Program-made: the position numbers and the translations under genes
Notes under the pieces: generated by a model
What the model saw: the letters and a program-made list of their open reading frames with translations, nothing else
What the model was told of the DNA's origin: nothing
The model's database searches: none
In this document: positions 11,488 to 22,559 of the stretch, piece after piece
How the letters are laid out: each line of letters begins with the position of its first letter
Position numbering within the stretch: the stretch's first letter is position 1
Assembly (NCBI RefSeq): GCF_001194135.2
Contig: NC_068984.1
Coordinates: forward strand, 130,474,875 to 130,538,874
Direction of reading: 5' to 3'
Source of the DNA: Octopus bimaculoides
Lineage: Eukaryota
DNA: 64,000 bases

Positions 11488-13885
11488 CATTGATGTGACA
11501 GCATAGATGACAGGTTTAAATGATGTTCCAGAAAACTTTGAGAACAACACAAACCTCTAAAATTTGCATTATTTTTTTTATCTGACCCATCATATCAAGA
11601 TTGTTGTTGTTGATGATCATGATGATGCTGATGGTGCTGTTGAGGATGAGGATATCCATCAAAATCTAAGCAAGGCCAACTATCACACTTCAGGTGGGGA
11701 ATAAGAAAATGTGAGAGGAAACTAGCAATGATCTACATTGGCACAAAAACCAGTTGAAATTCATAAAACACATTATGGTCATGTGCTGTGAAGGAGAGGG
11801 TAGTTCTGATGTTTCACATAAGGACCTTTTATGAATGCATCTTCAGAGGTGCAGGCATGGCAGTTGTGCTTAAGAAGTTTGACTTGCAGCAATATGGTTT
11901 CAGGTTCACTCCCACAGCACACCATCTTGGGCATCTGTCTTCTACTACAACAAGCCTGAGGCTAACCAATGCTTTGTGATTGAATGTGGTGGATGGAAAC
12001 TGTCTGGAAGCTCATTATGTGTGTGTGTGTACTGATGGCTTAACTGGCTGAAACTTCAAAGTCACTGTCAACAATATTCTTGATTGAGAATAAACTTGTA
12101 CTCTACAAAAGTATGGAGTAGCCCTTCAGACTAATGTATACTAAACATAAAAATAAACACCAAACCATCAAGTGTCTCAGTCCCATCATCCCCTCTGTGA
12201 GTCCCAGCATCAGTAGATCGATTCTCACCACTTCATCTTGGGTCTACCCCTTCCACATGTTCCCTCTACAATTAGAGATTGGCACCTCTTGATGCAACTA
12301 TCTTCATTCATATGCATTACATGGCCATACCAGTGCAGTTTTCTCTCTTGCACACTACATCTGATGCTATCTATACCCAGTTTTTCTCACTTCTCTTGCC
12401 TGGGTTTCAGCAACAAAGACTGCTGCTTCTTTTGGATTTTGGTTCAAAGTATAATGGTTTCAAACTTTGGCACAAGGCTGCTAATTTTATGGGGAGGGGA
12501 GATGCTAATTACATAAATCTCAGTGCTCAGCTGGTACTTATTTTATCGATTCTGAAAATATGAAAGGGAAAACCAACTGTGATGGAATTTGAACTCGGAA
12601 TAGAAAGAACTGGAAGAAATGCTGCCAGCTCACCACTTCGTTTCCTCTAAATTCATTTGCTGTCTCTATCAATCTTCAAACATATCCATCCATTAGCAAC
12701 TGTTCAGCTATCTCTCTCCTTGCATTGAGCACATCTATCTTACGCCACCCTTTTCTGAAGTCACTTTCCTCAATGTTCACAACTCTTGTAGGCTCTCATA
12801 CTCCTATGGCATAAAAACTGCAGAAACAGAATCCAAATTTTTATTTGATGCCATTTTAAACTTTCTGCAACATTTAGTATTTTTACTCCTTATATATCAT
12901 TGACATTTCAAACCCTCTTCACTTATTTCTTACAACTAAACCTAACCCTTATCCACACATTATGGGTTCTTTACTCATTAAATCATTTGATCATTGACCA
13001 ATCAAATGAAACACACCTCACACTTTACCAGACTCCAGCCTTAAACCCTCTGGTACCAAATCAGCTAACTTGGCTGGAGTTTTGTGAGTTTTAGCTGACT
13101 ACTTTGGGCAGCAAATAGGAACCACCTATAAATCCAACAGAGAGCTAAGTTAGACCATTTTTGTTGCTCCAGGAAAATTTCTTCATGCCAAAAGGGTTAA
13201 AAAGGAATGATGAAACCTGGCTGGAGAGGTGACACATGGGTTTGAAATAGGTGCCTGGTTGCCTTTGTGGAAACTCAACCTGCATGATTCCACAATTTGA
13301 ATGGTGCTGATGATTTTGAAAGGAACCTAAGACTGAATAGATCAGTTGGTCCAGTAGTCAGGGCCTATTATCACTGAGGGGCTGGTGTGCTGTAAAGCTT
13401 CGAAACTGTACATTCTTTCTTGATGATCCCTAAAACCCACTGGTCTCTGTTTAAGTAAGCTGTTTCCAAGTCTCTTATACACACACACACATATATATAC
13501 ACTCAAGGGTCAGCAATGAACAGAGTACCTCCAGATATGGGTTAAAGAAATAAACAATTATACAAATAAACAAAACAAATATAGATATAATTAATAAAAA
13601 AAAATCAAATGAATATGTCAAAAACCAAATAAAAATGTAACAAAACAAACAAGAAAAATTTTAATAATTGCAAAAAATAAAAAAGAGAAAAACCTTCAAC
13701 AACAAATTATGCATAAAGCAAAGGATAAAAGCGGCTTATTGCTGTTGTTGTTGTTGTTGTTGGCGGTGATGATAATTATGATGATGCAGTGGTTGTTATT
13801 GATGCTGTTGTTGCTATGAGGGTGAGAGGATGATTGGTGAAACATACAGTGTGGTGGTAAGATGGCACAGGGGGGAAAAACTTAC

Positions 13886-13906
13886 CTCCCGTATGAATAT
13901 CTTTGT
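13886..13906 (-). CDS. Asap: ASAP 21-nt microexon B (phase 2-2; x-QRYSYG-x)
   Basis: ttttctgccctcag|ACAAAGATATTCATACGGGAG|gtaagttt; long U-rich tract upstream; symmetric and stop-free in the required phase; paralogous to 22539-22559. Confidence 0.75.
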
Positions 13907-15977
13907 CTGAGGGCAGAAAATGAAAAGAGTACAGGGTAAGATACAAAGTAAGTTATCAAAGAAATGCTACAAGAAGAAGAAGAAGAAAAAGGCAAAAAAA
14001 TTATAAAAAAAAACAGAGAAAACAACAAAAATAATTCAACCTGCAAAAATGGATGATGAATTTCATCAGTTTAACATTAGACGAAATAACAGAATGCAAA
14101 TTTCAGAAGACAGACATATTTGCAATGAAACTGAAAGAGTTTTATATACGTGGAAGTCAGCCTGAACTATGGAGAGAGAGAGACAGCCATTTACAGACAA
14201 GACTTAACGAAAGAAAAGCTATGCTGAAGAAATTTTTTTTGTCATTGCATGCAAATCTTCTATGTGATAATGTGAAGAATTAGCCAAAACCAAAATATTA
14301 ATACTATCCACTCAAACTAAATTGCCAAACCCTCATACGTTGTCTAACGACAGGAGAGTCCATCATATATATACACACACACACATAGTGTAAGCGTGTA
14401 CAAATCTATGTTTCTCAATGTAACAGAATCTGTGATAATCTATTATTATAGCTCCTTGGTATATACAAATGTTTATTTTTGTCTGTAGTTCAAACTCTTG
14501 TTCTGTGAATTCACTAGCATAAGTTTAACATAGCTGTATTCCATTACAGGTAGAGAGATTTGAACTGAATAGGATTGGAACCATTTCTTCCACATTGTTA
14601 ATTTAATAAGTCTCAGTTGCTGGAGTGTCTAAAAATGTTTTATATTTTTACAGTATCGAGTGTGGTATGAGATCTGTTCAGTTTGGCAAGTATGTGAATC
14701 AATATTCGAAGAGCAAAAACAGAAAAAAAAAAAAAAAAAAAAAAAAAAAATTCATAAACATGTATATTCATAGCAAAAGGAACACATATCTAGATATACC
14801 TAGCAACTTAATAATATATATATATATAACCTTTGAAAGGTATGAATTATTTAATTATGTAGCATAAATAAATTCACAAACAGAATGAAGTTGGTACAAA
14901 AGTCTTGGCATTTCTTTCACTTCTTTGTAGTTTAGACATTTTTTTTTATTTGTATAGCATCCATTTCAAATATATCACAATATTGTTACCTTCAAAATCA
15001 TCAGTGATGGAGAGAAGATTCACATACCAATACAACTGAGGTGGAAATCAAATTTAGCATTCTAAATTCATACAAGACCAAACAAAGTAAACAAAAGGCC
15101 ATGATGACTGAGATAGTTATTTCAAAATCATATAATATTATTTATCTCTAGAATAGACAGAAAGCTTTCATTTTGTTGGTGGTGGTGGTGGGGAGAGATA
15201 AAGATGTAAAGTTGATTAAATTAATTCCAGTATGAACTGGTCCTTATTTGCGTTAATTGAATGTGCAATTTCTTTATATATTATGCAATGACAAAAAAAA
15301 AAAAAATTAAACAACACAAGAGGGACAAATTTTAACAAATGTTATATCAGTCTATCACTTAAAAGGAAAGGAAAGTGTTTTGATGTTTTGAACACTAGTC
15401 CTTCACCAGGAGAGATAAAAGAATGACTAAAATATAAAGGAGAAAAAGTGATAGGAAAGAAAACGTTTCGGAGGCAGGTGGGAATGTGGTTCTATGGAAT
15501 GGTAATTGGGAATAGAGTGTATTTTTTTTCATGGATAATGTTCTGAAGAATACTCTAATTCTTCCACTTCACTTTCTATCTAAATCCTTAGAAACTTTTC
15601 CTTCTGACTATTTGAGGCTTCAGTATATTAAATTCTCCGTTTGTGAAGGAGAGAAATCAGAACCAGCAGTGTGTATGCTAAGAACTGAGTGATAAAGTTG
15701 CTACAATGAGGAGAACAAGAACTAACAAGACTTTTGCAACGACTCACATGCATGCATATATACATATATATACATACATATATACAACCTGAAAAGATTA
15801 AGGTCTGAGTAAATGAACAATGAACAGTTATTAGGAAAAAAAAAGAATTACTTCAGTTATAGTAAAACATCTGGGTTGTTTCCTTAAGAAGAGAGAAATG
15901 GGGACAAAACAAAAAACAAAAACAAAATAAATTTCTAACTAAATAACATCCATGGCTAATTCATACAAGCATATTAA

Positions 15978-16224
15978 CCCTTTTGAAAGCCACCTTCCCA
16001 AGACTGCCTTTGGATCTACGATACAAAATCCCCCTTGTTTTAATATTTAATATAAATCCTCTGACCATCATTTTACATATGAAGCTTTTTGTTATGTTCC
16101 AAACGCCAGATTAATAATAATAACAAAGTTATTTTACTAAATCCCTTCAAATTCTTGTAATTAAAAAAAAAAATTCTCAAGCACATAGGCAGTGTATTTC
16201 AATCAAAATATGGCCACGAAAGGG
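15978..16224. mobile_element. piggyBac-type MITE
   Basis: TTAA|CCCTTT ... AAAGGG|TTAA termini with TTAA target duplication. Confidence 0.6.
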
Positions 16225-17399
16225 TTAAATGTTTACAATATCAATGTAGTACAACTGTGACAGACAAGCCAACAAAAGAGAACATCTAAATTCTACAAAA
16301 ACCCTTGGCCATTTCAATAAAGCTGGCTACCGAATGTCCATTAATAAATTAATAAACAGCCAATAAACATTCCCAGATAATTTGGTGCCTATTCTCACCT
16401 GATGGTTCATGAAACTGAAGTTATGTAGAATAGAGTCTTCTGCCCCAGAAACTCAATGAAACTACTATAGCAAATTTGAACTTATGAAATCTACTCTGTC
16501 ATAATGGCAGAAATATGAAAACTCATCTAGCAATACCAGCCTAAGATGGACTAGTGACTACCATAGCTTTAGTGAAATATCTTGGTAATTTCTAAAAGGT
16601 TAGGCAAGTTGTTGTATCCACAAATGTAACACAGAAAGCAGTAGATTAACGTAAAAAGGAAAATGTGTCAACATATGCAGTCAATACACACAGTTCTATA
16701 TCGACTGTATTTGGCAACAGATAGTTTTCTTTATGCCAGCCAATACAAACAGCCAATGAGGGAACCACAATGTGGTAGCTAGAAATAACAACCAAATGTC
16801 CATCAAATCACAGCCTAAAGAAGAAAACATTGGACAATATAATATCTGATATACAAAATGATGGATCGGCCACAGCTACAGCATTTTTTACCATAAGTCT
16901 GTTTGATCAAGAGATGATCCAGAACTAAACAACAAGAACCTAAAGCATAGACAGGCATTAGTCCTATAAACAATTAACCTATGTATCTGTGTTGTGCTTA
17001 TATGGTCAACCAGCTTATTATGTATTTGTTGTATTTACAACAATTACAGTAAGTTCGCAACAGTAGATGAGAAAGGTTAAAAGTTCAGACATCTCTTGTA
17101 TCTGAATATCATAGTTTACCAGAGTTATTCTGGCAGTTCACTATAAAATTGTCCCTGATATTGAACTGGTAGTCACCTCAAATAGTCCTGACCATGTGCT
17201 ACCATGCAAAATGCATGCAATTTGATAACAACATAAACATAGCAATAAAATTACAGACTGGGCAGATAAATACAATGTGCAAATGTTGACCAGATGCATT
17301 TACATATTAATGATAAGATACAATAAAATACAACATTATTCCAACTACAAAAGACACATCACATTATTCAGTATATATTTGTGGCATCTGAATTCTCTT

Positions 17400-20100
17400 T
17401 GCAATTCTGCAGCTCCTAAATGGAATGGAGGTAATACTTCACATTTCTGTGAGGATCAACATGATTTGGTAGTATTGGTAATATGGGAGGCGATTGAAAT
17501 TAATGACACATGTCAAAGGAGCTAACAAATTCTTCAGTTTCTCCAACAAGATTAAGTCACCAAACACAAGCCCTTACTTTTTTCACTGTTTGCAATGCAA
17601 TCAGTTATGTCATGAGTTGTAGAAAGAACTTTTGTATGATAAACTTAAGGGATAAGTAGCATATTTTTTATTAAAGATAAAACCATTCTCTGCTATCATT
17701 TCAGATGAAAGTCTGGCAAATTGTCATTCTTGAAAAGTTTGTTGAAGTTATTTTTTTTTTCAGTAATGGAATTCTTTAAGTGAACATAAATGGTCCATGG
17801 ATTTAAAGGATCACCAGTGTTTTAATTGTTTAAGTTTTATCAATAATTAATTAATTAATCATGTCAGAATGTAATAATAAATTATAAAGAACATTGTCTC
17901 AAACTGATCTGCATCATATTTGAGTTTAGTAAAAGCATCAACATGAGGGATGGTCTTTATCAGGAATGTGAATGATCTTGAAATCATACGATAATAATAT
18001 GAGCATCCACCAGGTAATCTGTTGAAAAGCTCACTTGGAAATATCAAGACTCTTTGAAAAATGTTAATTACAAATTTCGCTTAGAAACATGAAAATCATT
18101 GAAAAAATTTTAATTGTAAATATTAATGAACAATATTCAATATCAAAGATTTCTTTAAAAGAAACTGCTTCAATCTTTCTACACAATCTACCACTGTACA
18201 GGCCTTATGTTTGTTATTGTTCCAGCATTATCAATTGTATAACTAACACATGCTATGGACTTTCCTTTTCAAGACATTATTCCTACTTTTGCAAATTCAG
18301 AAGAATCAACAGTGAGAGTGGTTTCTTACTTGGCAGACAATGTTGCCTAAACAGGGTATTGCACAAGAAGTTCTTTTGTTTTGTTAAAGACCTGTTTCTG
18401 ATGCAGATGTCCCAAATAGAGATAGTCCTTTTTTGCTACGAGATAAGCCTCAACTATGTCTGCAAATTTTAGTATAAACTAGTAATAATAATAATCAATC
18501 AACTCTGAACATTTTTCAATTTATTCTTTTGATTTAGTTATACTAATTCATTGAATCATAATTATTAGATTAAACGATGGTTCAATTCCAACCTTTGAAA
18601 TATTCATTTATAAGAAATCTATGTAAGATACACAAATAATGCATTTATTTGGGTTAATCAATACAGTGGCTCCTTTCTGTCTTGCAATGACTGCATTTTA
18701 TTGATTCTTTAGTTTATTCTGGGCTACTACAAAAACGAGTCTGTCATTCTGATATAAAATCATGCCAATAATTTCCTCCAATATCGACTCCATACAATGT
18801 TGGAAAAGAAAGCTGATGTTTTGAAACCCAGGAGAAGCTGATATGTATATATAAATTGCTGGAAAGGACACAATCTTTCATTTTGCAACTATAGTATATT
18901 ACTGGTTCACAAGTCATTATCGTGTCTTATCTTGTGTTAGCAATGCAATATTTTCACTTAATAGATTTTCTAAAGAATTTAGAGCACTTACAGTGCTGGC
19001 TCTGAATTCTATAAACTTACTAGTGAAAGGCTATTTATTAAGCAAAGACAATTGCTTAATAAATATTTTCACACACTATTTCTTAGCCTTCATCTCAAAC
19101 CAATTTGCCAATACACATACTTTAAATCATTTGAGAGGTAAAACTTTGCTTCTTACATATCAGTGAACATTGTTTTAAAATGAGGATTAAAATGGGAAAA
19201 TGTTCCAAGATCAAATCCTCATTCTGACTACACCGTTGCAACAAAGCTAACCATGTCTGAGATGGACATTTTAGGTAAAATTCTTAAACAATTTAAGGGA
19301 AATGAATTTTGTAATCAGCTCACTTTTTTAATTTACCAGCTTTCTTCAACATCAGTGGTTCTCAACAATTTTTTTTACCTATGGACCCCCCTTTGATTCC
19401 TATTTTACTTGGATAGACCTTTATAGCCTTTCAATGTTTAAAAAAATCCTGTTAAATTTTTATAATTAGATTTTAGTAGGATTTGTATTAAAAAAATTGT
19501 TAAAATATTTTGTGTATTGTAGAAGTCTAACCAATTTATTGCAGATAAATTTTAACAACAAAATCTTATCTAGATTCCCAAGGGCCAAATGAACCCCAGT
19601 TGAGAACCACTATTCTACACCAAAACAATTGGCAGTGAATTAATGATACCTTCATTTAGGACATGAAGACATAATTCCCATTCCTTGAAGATTTTAAAGC
19701 TCATTTCCAACATCATATTTTGTGTGTACTGGGACTGGGTATGCTGGACATAATTTCAACTGTTTACATTTACAGGACTGGACCTAGAAAGCTGTGGCGA
19801 TTCTCAATTGCTATAATTTTAAACCTGATCTCACTCAGTTTACTTGTTGCTTAATCAACTTTCCTTGGCAAAAATCCTTACTAGTAGCATAAAATATTTC
19901 TGTATTAGAACCTAGCTGTACTACTGTTCCAATATTAAATCCTCATTCTGACTACACCATTGCAACAAAGCTAACCATGTCTGAGATGGACATTTTAGGT
20001 AAAATTCTTAAACAGTTTAAGATTCTTTATTTTCATCTGAGTACAACCGATTTCATAAATATAAATCCATATTATAAACTCTGATTCTGGATCATTTTTG
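17400..20100 (-). mobile_element. Decayed Ty3/Gypsy LTR-retrotransposon pol (RT-RNase H-integrase Zn finger)
   Basis: Broken minus-strand frames give PVPVH...ELxNLQGMGI, KAGKL..ADYK, DLKYVYWQI, GFKTSAFLFQHCMESIL...YQND (YxDD), LTVDSSEF, VERLKQFLL, WMLILLSYDFKIIHIP..IPHVDAF and an H..VW..EEFV..C zinc-finger-like region; many stops and frameshifts. Confidence 0.8.
19353..19612. mobile_element. hAT-type MITE inserted in the Gypsy relic
   Basis: TIRs CAGTGGTTCTCAAC / GTTGAGAACCACTA; degenerate 8-bp flanks TTCAACAT / TTCTACAC. Confidence 0.7.
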
Positions 20101-21299
20101 TTTGTAGAGAACCACAGCAACAAGAATATTAAATGTTAGCTGGAAATCATTAGTTGATTCTCCTGGTTTTTGCTTTAGGATCAGTTTTTAATCTGTTTAA
20201 AGTTATAATTCTCTGATTAAGTTTTGTAATTTTACATTTTCTATTGAATATTTTAAATTGAATAATCTAAATTTTCAATTGAACAATCTTAAATTATTGT
20301 ATGGTTGCGTTTAAACCAATTAATGCAAGGGATTTTGAACTAGATGGGGCTTAGTGTTATCTATAGGCAGTTGTGAGCTACAGATAATTAACCATATATA
20401 TCACCTTTGGCATTATCAAGACCCAGATGTTTGATTAGATTCCATCTTTATTGTTGTTAGCTGATAATTAGAGCTGTCATGTTTACGATAATTACCTAAG
20501 TCTACAGCAGTAAATTCAAAACATCAAACAGCTGTAATAACTTAGTGTCATAATTCACTAACATTATCCTCCTCGTTGTACAATATTAAAACTGTTTTTG
20601 ATATCAAACTAGTAGTCACCTTAAACAGTTTTGGCCATGTGCAAGCATGCAAAACACATGCAACACCACAACAAAATTAGCAGAACAATGATATAACAGA
20701 CCTGTAGATAGACATAGTGTGCAGATACCAAATGGATATGTTTACGTATGAATAACTGAATGCTATAACTGTAACAATATAGACTGCTCAAGTAGGGTTA
20801 ACTGGGAGCTATATATAATCCTGTTTTGTAATAGGATTGACTATTACCATATATGGTATGAAACAAAACCCCCCAAACACCAAAACTTAGGCAACACCAA
20901 TAGTTCCTTCCACTGGCTTAAAATATAAACCTTCATGTATGGGTCATTGCCACAGATGGCTGGGATACTGTATAATTGTTGAGTGTTTTATAGGCAAGCA
21001 ATGCTAAGCCTAAAAAGGTTTTGCAATAGAAACCTGAAGAGACAGAACTTCTGAGTTTCAGAAAGCTCAAATGTGCTACAAATGCCTACTGCTTTTTTTT
21101 TTTAATCTGTACCAACCAACATGACTGCCATTCAACATGAAATGCATATTGTGGACAGTTCCACATTTTCAGGAGTCCAAGGTGTTAAATAATAACAGTA
21201 ATAACGACTCACCATTGTCGCCATGTATCGTATGCCTTTTGCAGTGCATATCTGACACTACCCTGAAAGTTTAAATGATTAAGTACAAGTCCTCTCATC

Positions 21300-21620
21300 A
21301 AATGAAGTTACAGCATTACTTTCGTTGAGACTTTCTCATAGTATTTTCTTGGCAGAGATATTGGGCTGGTTTGCCATTGCCTTCCCCAACTGGATGGGCA
21401 TTGGCCCACAAGGAGCTCATCTGCCCTTCAGCAGGTCTTGTTTTTAGTCCTGCTGGTTATCCAGACACTATCCTCTCATAAGAGTGGCAGGCTATTCAAC
21501 TGGTGGAGCTGGTTTAGTTGCCGACCACTCAACCATGGAAGAGGAAATACTGGTTTTACATGGTACCAGTTGCAGGTCTCATCAGCCTGTGATGAGATCC
21601 CCGGCTTGACATAAACATTG
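21300..21620 (-). mobile_element. RTE-clade LINE-related fragment
   Basis: Minus strand GAAGGCAATGGCAAACCAGCCCAATATCTCTGCCAAGAAAA resembles the RTE/BovB motif GAAGGAAATGGCAACCCACTCCAGTATTCTTGCC. Confidence 0.45.
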
Positions 21621-22122
21621 TCTACTTCTACATAAAAACCTCTTTACACAGTCAACTAACATGCTAAAAATAGCAGCTGTTTCTTCCTCGAATCACACCC
21701 TAATGTATTAAAAAATGGAATGACACATTGGAGAATGTAGTCATAAATATACAAAAAGACTGTCAATGACAGTACAATTAATTAAAATGATAGTTGTGGT
21801 TGGAATGCTGACCTGAGGCTAAACCACAACTAACAACTATGACAACTTCTACATACAACCCTCAAGTAGAGGTAGGCCTCCAATATCCCTACGTTGGATA
21901 TCTAGAAAATTTTCCCATAAAAGATATCTAAGAAAATCATCAGATCCCAATGATGTTACTGACAGTTCCTTGTAGAGTTTCTGACCAATCATAAAGACCG
22001 GCATGTTGTGGGTTTTAGTCAATGAGGATGAAGGAGAAACACACAGGATTTGAACTTTGCTGTATACAGACGTCAATACATCCCTGGCAACTATTGGTGG
22101 TAGGTAGCCCTTAGATAATAGT

Positions 22123-22530
22123 GTGGAAAGTAATGATAATGATGTAACGGTGGTGCTGTTGCTGATGCTGGTGATGGTGCTGCTTCTGATTGTGAACACA
22201 ATAGTGCAGTTGATTACGATGATGATGATGATGATGATGATAATGATGATGATAATGATAGTGGTGTTGAAAATGGTAACAATAATGATGATGATGATGA
22301 TGATAGAAGAATTAATAATGATGATAATGGTGGTGGTGATGATGATGATGATGATGGTAACGCTAGTGATAGTGGTAGCCATGCAGGTGTCAATGGCAGT
22401 AACTACTAATTAAGGTAATAGTGGAAATATTGGTTACAACGTTGACAGCGATGATGATGATGACGACGACAATGATGACGATGATGATGATGATGATAAT
22501 GGTGATGATGATGATGTTGATGATGATGAC
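22123..22530. repeat. Imperfect (GAT)n microsatellite tract
   Basis: About 400 bp of GAT/GGT/AAT triplets; source of the poly-Ile and poly-Met ORFs in the track. Confidence 0.9.
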
Positions 22531-22538
22531 AAACTTAC

Positions 22539-22559
22539 CTTTCACATGAATACCGTTCT
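22539..22559 (-). CDS. Asap: ASAP 21-nt microexon A (phase 2-2; x-ERYSCE-x)
   Basis: ttttcttgccctcag|AGAACGGTATTCATGTGAAAG|gtaagttt; long poly-U tract upstream; symmetric and stop-free in the required phase. Confidence 0.75.

Noticed and set aside
13370-13420. CTGAGGG...TTCGAAAC as another hammerhead relic
   Set aside because: The core is mutated and I could not form stem I or stem III with a valid cleavage triplet.
14053-14283. 76-aa plus-strand ORF
   Set aside because: No recognisable motif; it is the antisense of the intron upstream of microexon B.
21211-21260. Possible 50-nt minus-strand exon (actttcag...GACAATG|gtgagt)
   Set aside because: Asymmetric (phase 2-1), adjacent to an RTE-like fragment, with no peptide support; would require skipping the well-supported 3343 exon.
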